NCBI RefSeq assembly: GCF_000143415.4
Contig: NW_003314359.1
Span: forward strand, 405,477 to 469,476
Length of the DNA: 64,000 nt
DNA from: Selaginella moellendorffii
Taxonomy: Eukaryota > Plantae > Lycopodiophyta
Direction: 5' to 3'
The notes under the pieces are model-generated. The model had not been told where the DNA came from and did not search any database. It saw only the letters and a list, made by a program, of their open reading frames with translations. This document shows, one piece after another, positions 22,301 to 33,870 of this stretch; position 1 is the first letter of the stretch, and each line of letters opens with the position of its first letter. Made by a program: the position numbers and the translations under genes.

Positions 22301-24091
22301 GCAGTGGCGACACTACATTGGGAGACACTTCAAGGTTTACACGGACAATGTGGCAACAAAACACTTCTTTTCACAACCTGACCTGAGAGGGAAATAAGGT
22401 CGATGGGCCAATGCTTTGGCCGAGTTTGATTGCGAGATTTTGTACAAGCCTGGGAAGAGCAACATCGTGGTGGATGCGCTAAGTCGAAAAGCAAGCTTAA
22501 AGTTGGCGAAATTTAGTGCAATAGCAACCTTTTGGGATGATGTGTGGACAACATATGAGAATGATGGTCTAGCCCAAGAAGTGTTGCTGAGGAATCTAGA
22601 GGCACGGGAAGCTCACCAAAGAGGTGAGCTGCCAACGAAAGAGAAAATGGGCTATGCAGAACGCAATGGACTCATTTATTACAAACAAATGAGGGTGTAT
22701 GTTCCAGAAGGGGAACTAAGGAAGGTAGCCTTAGAAGAGTGTCATGATAGACCTTTTGCAGGACACAGCAGAGTGCCCAACACGATGGGCTTACTTAAGA
22801 GGAAGTATCATTCGCCAGATATGGCTAAGGACGTCCAAGACTATGTAAAGACATGTCCAACATGTCAGTAAGCCAAAGCCGTGACTAAGGCTAGTAGGGG
22901 CTTGTTACAAAGCATCCCAATTCTAGATCGTCTGTCGAAATGTCTTACGATGGACTTCATCACGGGACTCCCCCAAGCGAGGGGTTTGATGCGATATTCT
23001 TAGTGGTGGACCTTTTTCCGAAGATAGCACATTTCATACCCACCACAACGGAAGTGGATGCAAAAGGTATGGCGAAGCTGTTCTTCGAACAAGTGGTTCA
23101 AGTGTGGGGAAGGCCAGAAGAGATCATCTCAGATGGAGATAATATCTTCACTAGTAGGTTCTGAAGAACTCTCCTAGAATAGTATCGCACTAAATTGAAA
23201 TTCAGCACAACCTATCACCCACAGACAAGTATGGGGTATTAAGTCAAGTTTAATGGCATTAACACTTCTTGATAGATAGACAAACGGAAAGGGTGAATAG
23301 GCAACTGGAGGATTATTTGTGATGCTATGTCTCTAGAGACTAGACCGATTGAGTAAGTCATTTGGGATTTGCGGAAATGTGTTATAACAATTCACCACCT
23401 TCGAGTATCGGGGTGAGTCCATGGGAAGTTATCAATGGGCGAGCTATTAAAGGTCCTATGGAGCTCGGTGTGGCCGAGTACCATGGAGAGTTACCCATAG
23501 TGGAGGCATTCATGGTGGAAAGACTCAACATTTGGAATCTAGTGAGGGATTCCTTGGAACGGGCTCAACAAAGGCAAACCAAATACGCAAACCAGAAGCG
23601 GCGGGATGTAGAGTTCCAAGCGGGGGAGAAGGTGTGGCTGAACACCAAGAACTTTAGGCTGCCAAGTGGGATCAGCCGGAAGTTAACCCAAAGGTAAAAA
23701 TGCATGTATTCTTGGAAATGAGTTGATCTTGAGTTCCTTAAGTAGGTTCGCAGGGCCTTACAAGATTGAGGCACAAACGGTAAAGTGGCTTACCATCTCC
23801 GACTTCCTCGAGAGATGGGGAAGATGCATCTAGTGTTCCACGTGAACTTACTCAAGCGGTACTTTGAGGATCCACTTTGTAGGGACCAAGTAAAACTTTT
23901 ACCTAAGGTTATCCAAGGGGAGGAGGAATACGAAGTCGAGGCCATCCTCAATGCGCGCAAGAGCAAGCGACAAGGACGCGAGGTGAGAGAGTTTTATATG
24001 AAGTGGAAAGGATTTCCGCACTGTAAAGCAACATAGAAACCGGAGGAGAACCTAGCGAACACGCAAGATCTAGTGGAGGAATTTTTGCAAG
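19360..24091 (+). pseudogene. gag-pol of element B (many premature stops); introns 23229-23275 and 23694-23745
   Basis: CYNYNEARHFSRECP knuckle, ILIDTDASDN protease, [38 protein letters not shown]-x2-C and IISDGD integrase, EEYEVEAIL..KWKGFP chromodomain. Many stops are consistent with C>T/G>A changes. Confidence 0.9.
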
Positions 24092-24219
24092 GTAGAACTC
24101 TATGTACTTATGCAAAATTCAATTAAAGTATCAATTTGCGAAGTTGAGTAATGGCATATGTTGGGACCCAAAGGCACGCCGAAGGTAAGCTAATTAACAT
24201 GGGTTAGCTAGGTCGACTA

Positions 24220-24450
24220 AGCGTAGAGAACTATGCCTGACTCCCCACGAGGATGTCGAATCTGTAGACGTATTTTACGGAGGTTGGGTTTGAGTCCCAA
24301 CCCCCTAGTAAAGCAAGGCTGGGTTCAAGTCCCAACCCCATACTAGGGCATGGTGGGGTGAGGAGTATAGGGACACTATATTCCGTTGTCATGGGCTCTT
24401 GTCCGAGGAGGCTAACTTAGGCACACTACTAAGTGGGGGGATGCCCCCGG
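24220..24450 (+). other. Conserved structured RNA element with two T-loop-like hairpins (copy in the 3' UTR of B)
   Basis: TCTGTA/TACGGA, GGTTGGG-TTTGAGT-CCCAACC and CCCTAGTA..GGCTGGG-TTCAAGT-CCCAACC..TACTAGGG. Confidence 0.65.
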
Positions 24451-24530
24451 AGATATGGTTAGCAAGCTGTAGGATAAAAAAAAAGAGACATTCGATGTGG
24501 GCATTGAACTTCTTCTATGGGTGGTGGAGT

Positions 24531-25429
24531 TGTAAAGAACCAACTCCCCAAGGTGTCATAGGATAAAGGATCCCCAAAAGCATGACCGAAATGACAAAGA
24601 GTTCATCGGATGGGACCGAGTCTGAGATTGAGTCCAAGACTAACTCCGAGACCGAGTTTGAGATAGAGTCCGAGATCGAGTCTGAGGCCAACTCGGAGAC
24701 TGAGTTCAAGACAGAGTCCGAGATCTGAGATCTTGTCTGAGACCGAGTCCGAGGTCGAGTCCGAAGTCAAGTCCGAGATCGGGTTCGAGATCGAGTCCGA
24801 GATCGAGTTCGAGACCGAGTTCAAGACAGAGTCCGAGATCCGAGATCCAAGATCGGGTTCGAGACCGAGTCCGAGGTCAAGTCCGAGATCGGGTCCGAGA
24901 TCGAGTCCGAGATCAAGTTCGAGACCGAGTCCGAGTACTAATACAGGTCAAGGGGTGAAAGCCCAAAGCGTGCGTCTCCTACGGGGGGGCGGGGGGGGGG
25001 GGGGGGGGGGGGGGTAGAGGTACCCATACCGGGCCGTTAGGCCATGGTGTTTCGCCCTAGTGTCCCGAAGCAAGTGTTGCATCCAAGGTTTAGGATTTAG
25101 AGGGTCCCATGATTAAGCCTTGTTGTACCAAGGGAGGTTAGGAACTTGGAGGCTTGGTGTGCTTGGCTACTTGTGCCTGCAAGGAGTGTAGCCGAACCTT
25201 AAGTCCAGTCTAACCCGGAGAGGGGGATTGGGAAAGATTTGGGAATCCATGGATGGGTGACTAACGCTCCATTGCTTATGTAGTGAGTAGCTGAAACCAA
25301 GTAGGACCAGGTAGGAGCTGGTACAATAGGTGGGAACCTTGGCGAGGGAACTTAGCGAAAGCCAAGGCAGAGTTGGTCAGATAGACGAGGTAAGCTGGCA
25401 AATTGAAAAGGAAAAATTTGGGGCTTATA
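24531..25429 (+). repeat. 3' LTR of element B with an internal ~320-bp deletion at a poly-G tract
   Basis: Aligns to the 5' LTR, but sequence equivalent to ~18565-18880 is absent; G-run at 24983-25014. Confidence 0.9.
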
Positions 25430-26616
25430 TGAAAGAGGTGACATCTCATAACGTTGTGCCAAATGATGAACATCGTCAAGGGTAGCAAAAGCAAATGCAT
25501 GCACAAACCTGACAAGATCTTGACAAAGTGCTGGCCACAACATTCCTAGTTTGATCCGCTCCGACATATTTGGTTCCGCACGAAGCATGGAAATGAATGC
25601 CAAATTGCATCATTGACTCAGATGGCCCTTGACGAAAACGATGCAATTGTTGGAAGGCATCATCACAATTGTCAGCATATCCGAATGTGCTTTTGAAGAC
25701 GTCCGGGAGAACACTCGAATCCCACCATTGTACCACTGCAGTGCTATCCCTTGAAGACACATGGGAAACTCACGCAAACGTTGAGCATCATCCCAAGAAT
25801 GATATGTGGCAATCACTATGAAGTGATCAAACCAATGATGCACATCATCCCCAAGATTCCCATGAAAGAACTCTGGCCGAACGCGAGGATTGGCACCAAG
25901 AATAAAAGGAGTTGTACCACATGCCATGAATACCACCATCAACTGAGTTTAGTTGTTTAATTGCAAGCGCATAGCATCAAGCAATTGTACCAATTGCTAC
26001 TCTAGAGTTAGAAGAAATTGCTGATCTGCCATGAAAATGAACGAAAAAGAAAGAGCAAAAGAAGAGAAATGATAAAAACCTAGAAGGAAAGGGAGATTTA
26101 GACAATGCAAAACGTTAGATCTAAACCAAAATCCTGAAAGGAAAGAACAAAAAAAAGGAAATGGAAAAAACTAAATCTAGATGCTACAAAAGCTAGATCT
26201 AAACCAAAATTTTAAATCTAAGCACTCCTCAAGGACAATCAAAAAGTGCCTCTCACCTCCACTAATATGAGTGCATGGAATATAGAAAGGGAATATAGAA
26301 AATGTGTATATCCATTAACCCAAAAACCCTAACTTATATACATGAGCGAATGATCTGGATTGAAACCAATCCGACGGCTACCAAAATCCCACTATAATTA
26401 ATATATAACATCATTGGACCTCACATTATTTTGATACTATTCCAATTTAATTTTTAATATAACAAAATTATGACAATCAATTTTTTTTTTTACCAATTGG
26501 GCAACATATACTGAGCAATAGCTAGTTATATCAATATTGGTGACATGATACACATAATTTATTAACGATGGGTGATCTTTGTAGATGATGCCATTAGGTC
26601 TTTTCTCGATGAGAAG

Positions 26617-28356
26617 ATGAAACAGTGCTCTGAATTGGGCAAGCTATGGGAGCGGCAGATTGGCAATATACATCCGCGAGCATTCTCCTTAAACATTGGC
26701 GGTTGCAAGGTTTATATCCCTCTCCATATCGATTTCTAGGTTCGTTGCCAGGAACCAATCCTCCCTTCTTCCTCCTCTCCAGGATTTAATCCAGCGTTTG
26801 GAGCGCTATGCTGAGCTCTCTGGCCACGATGGATGCGTCAACACTGTGCATTTTAATCCCAGCGGAGACATTCTCGTCTCTGGATCCGACGACAAAGAGA
26901 TTGTGTTTTGGGACTGGGCTGCTCGCTCCAAAAAACTCTCTTTTAACTCTGGGCATGACAACAATGTGTTCCAGGCCAGGATCATGCCTTTCTCCAACGA
27001 TCGAAGCGTTGTGACCTGTGCTGCCGATGGCCAAGTACGTGACATTCTTATCAAGTTCTTTGCTTCCGAGCTCTTTTCTTCTGTTTTTTTTTTCTTCTTC
27101 TCTTTTACATTCACAGGTCAGGCATGCTGTAATCTCTGAGAATGGTTGTGTTAGCACAAAGAAGCTGGCACAGCACCGAGGGCGAGCTCACAAGCTTGCC
27201 ATCGAGCCTGGAAGCCCGAGAACATTTTTTAGCTGTGGAGAAGATGGCGATGTTCATCAAGTAAGTCAACGTTCTTTCTCTTCCTTTCGGGGTGTTTTCA
27301 TTCCAAAAGTTGTCTTTTTTTTTGCTCTTGCAGTTCGATTTGCGAGAGGGCGGCAACATGAAGATCGTCACTTGCAAGGGGCGTCCCGTGATCTACCTCA
27401 ACGCCATTGTCATCAACCCGCGCAACCCAAACTATTTCGCCGTGGGAGGATCCGACGAGTTTGCTCGAGTCTACGACATCCGCAAGGTCAGCTCCAGCGG
27501 CGAAGTGGATTCCCCCGTCGACGTCTTCGCTCCAAAGCACCTCATCGGCACCAAGCAGCACGTCCACATTACGTGCGTCGCGTACTCCCAGCAAGAGGAG
27601 CTCCTCATCTCCTACAACGACGAGCTCATCTATCTCTTTGACAAAGGTGGAGGACTCGGCCCTTCTCCGCCAAGTCCCAGCGCTTCTTCCAGCACCAAGG
27701 AAGAAGCAGCAGCAGCCACACGGGTTCCAAACAAAGCCGAAGGAGGCGGCAAAGCCACCAACGAGGCAGAAGAAGAAGGCAAGCGTAACGTTAGCAAAGA
27801 AGAGAACAAAGAGGAAGGCAACCGCGAAGGAAAAGCAAGAGACAAAGGAGATCAAAACGAGGAGAACGAGAAGAAAGAGTATGAGGTTTACAAGGGCCAC
27901 AGGAACGCGCAGACCGTCAAGGGCGTCAACTTTTTCGGTCCAAACTGCGAGTACGTGGTCAGTGGCTCCGACTGTGGCAACATCTTCATCTGGAAGAAGC
28001 GAGGCGCGGAGCTCGTCGCGATGATGGAGGGCGATCGCCAGGTCGTCAATTGTCTGGAGCCGCATCCCAGCGTCACCGTTCTTGCCACCAGCGGCATGGA
28101 CGACAGTGTCAAGATCTGGGCTCCCACGGCTCCAACGATCCAGCCGCTTCCAAAGAACGCTCATAAGGTACGTGAAAAATCCTTCTTTTTTGTGATTCTT
28201 CTTCTCTGCGGTTTGCGTTTTCCCCAGGTTATGGAGAAGAACAAGCTTAGTCGAGAGGACAAGCACTCCATGCCTGACTTTCTTATGCTCAGCCTCATCC
28301 ACGCAGCGCATATGGGCGATTTCGATCGCTTCAGGCGCGTGAGACGACGAAGATGA
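26617..28356 (+). CDS. DCAF8: DDB1-CUL4-associated factor 8 (WDR42A)-like WD40 protein; exons ~26617-26709, 26783-27034, 27117-27260, 27334-28167, 28228-28356
   Basis: LSGHDGCVNTVHFNPSGDILVSGSDD, SGHDNNVFQARIMPF, YKGHRNAQTVKGVNFFGP and VVNCLEPHP; GT-AG introns keep the frame. Confidence 0.9.
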
Positions 28357-28751
28357 GGAGCAATGTGGAAGAACAGGGAAAGAGAAAAGGAAATGCAAAT
28401 CTGGAGGTTAGCCAGACCTTATAATCTTGTGTTATAACTCAAACTTTAGCATTTCACAATTTAAGGAGATGGAGTAAACAGTTTTCTTCTTGAATTTCAA
28501 TAAAGTTGTACAGGGAATATATCCTTAAAAAAAGGTTAACAGTGGCCTATAGAACTTTTATTGCTTTGTTTCATCTTTGTGTACATTTTCCATGGTCCGA
28601 GCCATTTGGCATCGCCCCTGATATTTTTTCCTCTCCCTCTCTCTACCTAGCTTATACTAAAGTTTGATCAACCAAAACTTAGAAAAATACACTGTACCTT
28701 TGAACTCTCAATTTTACCCATCTCCATCCATCCATCCCCGATTTCTCCTCG

Positions 28752-29871
28752 TCAAGACCAATCCCACCACGAAAGCGAGCCTTGATCATCCAAATCAAAG
28801 AATCCCCCAGCAGTAGCACTGTCGTATCCCGTGTCCTCGAGCTTGGGGATCATCCGATCGTCGGGGGGAGGAGGTGGCGGCGGGGACGACGAGTAAACCA
28901 TCGAATTCGTGTATGTGTCGTCGAAGTTTGCGGCAATGTGACACTCCAACGGATTCATGAGGACGCGATCCTCGTCGTCGTGTAACGAGAAACGGCCGCT
29001 CTCGCTCTGATCCGGACGAGGAGTGATTGCCGGATCATCGTCCACAATCTCACTGCCGCCGTCGCTATCCCACGAGTTGATCGAGCAATCCTTTCGGGTG
29101 GCAATCGTCGGAGTAGTAATAGTAGTAGTAGCAGTCACCGTGATTGCGGAATTGCCCTCACTCTCCTTTGTTTTGTTGCTGTGATCATCACCCACGTCCA
29201 CCACTTTCGTCTCCTCTTGCTTGGACGAGAGTAGATCGTTAAGCCGATTCACCTGGAGGAGGAATCCCGAGATGAAAATCAAAAGGCAAAGGAAAGGACG
29301 AAAAGAAAAAATATCTGACATACCTCGGCCTCGAGCTCTTGCTTCTCTTTCAACAGAGATTTGTAGTCGCCGCGGAGAGCGTCCAGATTTTCCTTGAGCG
29401 CGTCGTAGTCCTTTTCAAGCTGCTTGGTCTTCCACCTGGCCCGCCTGTTTTGGAACCACACAGCAACTTGGCGGGGCTGGAGGCTCAATTCTTTGGCAAG
29501 CTGGAGCTTGCGCTCCGGCTCCAGCTTGTTGTCCTGCTCAAAGTGCCTTTCTAGGGACTTCACTTGATCCACGCTCAGCCGCCTCTTCTTCTCGATGTGA
29601 TGCTGCTGCCCCGCGCCTGGATCGTCGTCGATGGCATCCTCCTCGTCGGATGCGTGATCCATGATCGGTCGCTTGGGATTTTGAGGAACGATCTTCATAG
29701 TACCTAGAAATAAAAAATATTTCGGCCCAAGTTCTAGAGATTGCGAAGGAATATGTTACCTTCCACGGGGTTTACAGCGATTCCTGCATTGCCGCCGTGA
29801 AGAGATCTCGCTTGGCGCTGGATGGAAGGCCGCTGGATTCGCCTGTCGGCCGCGTCTTTGAGCCTCGGCAT
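28752..29871 (-). CDS. Homeodomain-leucine zipper class I transcription factor; exons ~29871-29760, 29703-29323, 29252-28752
   Basis: [50 protein letters not shown] plus zipper and a C-terminal AHA-like WWDWS; start codon inferred from the upstream in-frame exon. Confidence 0.92.
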
Positions 29872-30067
29872 CACAAAGGTCCCATGAATGAGATTTCCCA
29901 GCAAGAACACTTGAAACCGGTTGAATCGCAGAGATTCTCAGCCCGACCGCCCGATCCCCATGTTATTTCGCCAGATTCTCAGCAGAGAGACCCGATCCCC
30001 ATGCCAGATCGCGAGATTCTCAGCAAGAGCGCTCGATTCCCATAAGATTCTCAGCCAGAACGCTCAT
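29871..30067 (-). promoter_or_regulatory. Periodic GCTGAGAATCT repeat / micro-uORF array upstream of the HD-Zip gene
   Basis: Plus-strand AGATTCTCAGC at 29932, 29973, 30014 and 30045 (degenerate at 29891); three 24-nt ATG..TGA units. Confidence 0.6.
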
Positions 30068-30842
30068 GCTACCTCGCAAGAACACATCTACCTCGAAATG
30101 CCTCGGGGCGTCCAAGAACTACTGCTCTCCTCGTCATCACCTCCCAATTCTACCTCCATGGACCAAGAACCTCGCAGATTTCCGCTACTCGCCCGGCACT
30201 CTCAAGGATTTCGCGAGCGAAGGGACGGAAATTTCAGCTTCGTCTCCAGCCGTGCCAGCCGCGCCATTGACAAAAGCAAAGAGAGAAGAGAGAATAAAAC
30301 GCGACAAGACCTATTCACTCCGCTCACTTTCTTCTATGTGGTGAATATTCCCTTCCCTACTAAAACAAAGATTCGCGCGCCCACTAGAAAACTGCCGTAC
30401 CTTTCAGTTGTTTCTGGCCCATGGGGCCCAACAGAGTGGCCCAGCTTTCTTTCTTTCCCCAGATTATCAGATTATAAGTACGTAGCTGTCTTGTCACTCT
30501 CGGGTATCGAACTCGCGCACGTCATTTGAGCCATGGGCCACAAGTCATCATGTGCCAGACCATGTGGTCCAAACCGTCATATAGGCCCCGCCAGGGAAAG
30601 CAACCCGGCGTGCGTCTTTGGTGGGCCGCCCTCTCGAAAGTTAGCTACTCGTTCTTTAGCTACAGCGATAGAGATTCCATATATACCTTTAATCGGTCCT
30701 TGTATTACACTTTATTTTTTTCCATCTCATCCCTTCAGGCTGGCAGTAAAACTTCGAAGTGAGTCCTGGAAAAACTTGAAAGAGTATCAACAATCTCGGC
30801 GAGAGAGCATCGGCCGATCGAACTTTAGCTCGAGAGAATGAT

Positions 30843-32098
30843 TTAGAACGCGGTAAAGCTTGCCTTGACAGAAGGAGCTGGAACGAGCAGGGTCATTTTC
30901 CCCGCACGGGTAGCTTCATGGTAAGTTTTGGAGTTCACGGGTGGCGTCTTTGTGTACAGCATAGAGGTGGAGCACAGCGCGTCTGGCTTGAAGCCACAAC
31001 TTGCGAAGAAAGGCCTGCAGGAGGAAGAGGTAAGCAGTAGCTAGCAATTTCGAGATCCATATCACAATTGGACAGGGACGAGTAGCAGGCTTTTCCCACG
31101 AAGGAATAACAAAACAAAAGAGGCCTTACATGTTTTCAGGTCGAGTGAGCACTGAGATGTCTGCAATGTCCAGTGTGTAGTACATATAACTGTGGAAGAC
31201 GACAAAGGAAAAAGAAGCCTCGAGTTTAGAACAAAATAATCTTAATAGAAAAACACTCTACCGTGCTAGCCGCTGCAAAACATGACGCCCAAGCCCTTGC
31301 CTTTGCATCGAAGGAGCAACCTATAAGAGCACTTGTGAACCAATAAGGAAAGATCGCATTCTCAAATTCTCAAAGTCGAGCAAGTGATCACGACGATGAG
31401 CGAAAGGAAAGAAAGATGAGGAAGTCGAGAAGAAAAGAAAACTAGAACGAAAGTATAGCAAACAAATCAGCCAAAACGAGTACATACCCAGTTCGTGAAC
31501 ACCAACAAGGAAAGATCGCATTCTCAAAGTCGAGGAAGTGATCGCGACAAAGAGCGTGAGGAAGTCGAGAAAAGAAAACTGGAACAAAGAAATCAGCCAG
31601 GGACAGGGATGACTTACCGCCAAGTCGTGGATGGATCCAGCCAGTGTTTTATCAGACACCGCACGACCAAACGCTACCAAGCACTTGGGAGCTTTGTCGG
31701 AGTTTAGACGGTCCCAAACTCCTTCCCTAGCTTCGCTCCACGTCCTTTCCATATAATCACCGCCAGGGACTGATCGGCCTTTGACGTAGATCGCCACCGC
31801 GATGTCGCTGAAATCCAGAGCCCTCTGGAGCTTCGCATCGTCAACCCTGGAGACGCGTCCATCGCCGGCAATCTGTGGAAACTGGTGGCAATTCTGACCT
31901 ACATTTCGACGATCGCGTCGAAATCCTGGAGAAAGAAAGCGAGGAATCTCTACCTGTCGCAGCTAGAAGAGCGCCGAGCTCGCTTACGTTGATCACTCGC
32001 TTGTCCGTCGTGACGATGAATTTGCCCCCCTTCCTCAGCGACGCTCGCGGGAGGAGGCGACATCGCGGCGGTGGCAAGAGAATTAGGGCTCTTGACAT
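30843..32098 (-). CDS. GNAT/GCN5-related N-acetyltransferase, plastid GNAT3-like (5 exons)
   Basis: Spliced read: NCHQFP..VDDAKLQRALDFS, LVAFGRAVSDKTLAGSIHDLA|VAPSMQRQGLG (acetyl-CoA motif QxxGxG), FFASCGF..RAGKMTLLVP. Confidence 0.82.
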
Positions 32099-32219
32099 GG
32101 ATGTAGCCCATGGGTCATGGATGTGCATCGCGGCGGATTACCATGCCGGTCAGGCATGGGCATGCATGGCCCATGACCATAATGTTTCTACTATTCAAGC
32201 TTGAGAGGTCTCTCTTTTG

Positions 32220-33870
32220 ATGGAGCTCGTGGATATTCTCCTCGAGGAATGGCTCCTCCTCGTCTATCTAGGGTTTCTCTTGTTCGTGCTGGTGGCGCTA
32301 CTGTGTGGCAACTGGCCGGCGTTCGATCGCACGCCTGTTCGTGCGCTGCATTCTTGGATCGGCGGAGGAGCCTGCGATTGCGTCCAGTAAGTATGATTTA
32401 GGTTCTAGAATGGCTAACTCCTCGCATTTCAGGGAAATTCTCCGGCTCTGTCTCGGATCTAGAGGTGTCCGAGGCTACGAATTTGTAGAACATATTTGCT
32501 GCGAGCGGCCAAATCCAATTTTGCAGGTTTGTTCTCTCTCGATCGATAAGTTTTTGCTACGATTGATCGGTCGTTCCTGTGCGTAGCTCTTTTACTTGTC
32601 TCTTATCGTTGGAGGTTTCTCTGTCTTCTACTCCACTTCCTTCAAGTACATTCCCGGGAGATTTCTTTCCTCGATACACAGGTATGGCAGCCCTTCTTTC
32701 GTGACCATTCTCAAGTTATTTTTGCGATCAGATTTTTGGGACCTTCGGCAGTTTTAGTGGGCATCGCCATCTTTTTGCTAGCTAGTTTTTCTGATCCTGG
32801 AACAATCACTGCTTCGAACTTGGCTACGCACGAAGACATCTATCCTTTTGATGGCATCATTTACACGGAGAAGATCTGTCCAACGTGCAACATTCCACGG
32901 TGAGGGAGCCAGATTTCTTTCTTCTGAAGTCAATCTAACATGTTACCTACGTTTGCAGACCAGCAAGATCAAAACACTGCAGCATTTGTAACCGCTGCAT
33001 TGCCCGTTTTGATCACCACTGTGGATGGATGGTCAGTCCTGCATCTTGTTTGTGTGAAGACGAGCTTTCTTGTTCTGTTGTTTGTGGTCGAACATAGCGT
33101 CTTACCTCAACTTGTTGCAGAACACTTGCATCGGCGCCAACAATCTCAGATACTTCGTATTCTTTTTGATCTGGTAGGCCGGATTATTCTAGCAAAATCA
33201 CTGAAAACTTAGCTTCTTTTCTTGTCAGGCACTCTATACTCTGCTGCTACGGAGTCAGCCTGTTGGTAGCCATACTTGCCGGAGAGGTCATGAGATATGG
33301 AGTCATGGAAAGGCTATCATGTGAGTTTCAGGTCTTCAGCTGCTTGACTAGTAGTCGTTTTTGCAGTTTATGGAATGGTCACTTTCTATGACAAGCTGCC
33401 ACATCTTGTGCAGGTATGAAAGTTTGTATCGCCGAATTTAATGGTTTCTGATGTTTTGTTTGACGCCAGTGGGTGATAACATTCTACAATCATCAAGTGC
33501 TCCTACTCATGTTCTTGTTCGTCGTCTCGATTCTACTGGCGTCTTTTCTGGTCTATCACTTGTACTTGATAGCCAGGAACACCACAACAAACGAGGTCAG
33601 TGTTTTAGATTCTTCGTTTGCTCTTACTGGCACTTACAGGTCTACAAATGGGAAGCTTACACGAGATGGTACACTGATGCTAATGGTAAATCTGAAGATC
33701 CTGGCAAAACGTCGAAGTCACTCTGGAATGGTTGCGGGTTTTGGAGTGCTAGAAGGGAATCCGATCCGGATAGAGCTGAAAATATATACAACAGCGGAAT
33801 GGCAAGGAACTTCTGCGAGGTTCTCTTTCCGTTGAAACACAAAGACAAAGTTCACTCGAAGCAGAGGTAA
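32220..33870 (+). CDS. DHHC protein S-acyltransferase, PAT17/Swf1-like (multi-exon)
   Basis: [54 protein letters not shown]|NTCIG, NTTTNE, NIYNSG. Confidence 0.9.

Larger units (their letters stand above)
18146..25429 (+). mobile_element. Element B: full-length but mutated chromodomain-bearing Ty3/Gypsy retrotransposon with apparent spliceosomal introns
   Basis: LTRs 18146-19300 and 24531-25429; TSD TGAAA at 18141-18145 and 25430-25434; PBS TGGTATGAGAGC at 19304-19315; PPT GGGTGGTGGAG; domain order gag, Zn knuckle, PR, RT, RH, IN, chromodomain. Confidence 0.95.
16360..26412 (-). mobile_element. Element C: degenerate minus-strand Ty3/Gypsy element with short (~150 bp) direct repeats, interrupted by element B
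   Basis: Direct repeats at ~16360-16510 and ~26264-26412. Gag-like RPEFFHGNLGDDVHHW/LQGIALQWY at 25430-25942; RNase H PILAYPDYTRPFILHVDASNIGFGGVL at 16605-16883; decayed RT at 16900-17790. No integrase seen. Confidence 0.75.

Noticed and set aside
27298-28398. 366-aa antisense ORF over the WD40 gene
   Set aside because: Shadow of a GC3-rich exon with no recognisable domain.
29891-30055. CRISPR-like repeat-spacer array
   Set aside because: The repeat is only 11 bp, spacers are related to each other, the context is a plant gene leader and there are no cas genes.
29921-30529. 202-aa plus-strand ORF upstream of HD-Zip
   Set aside because: Non-ATG start, built partly from the repeat array, no motif.
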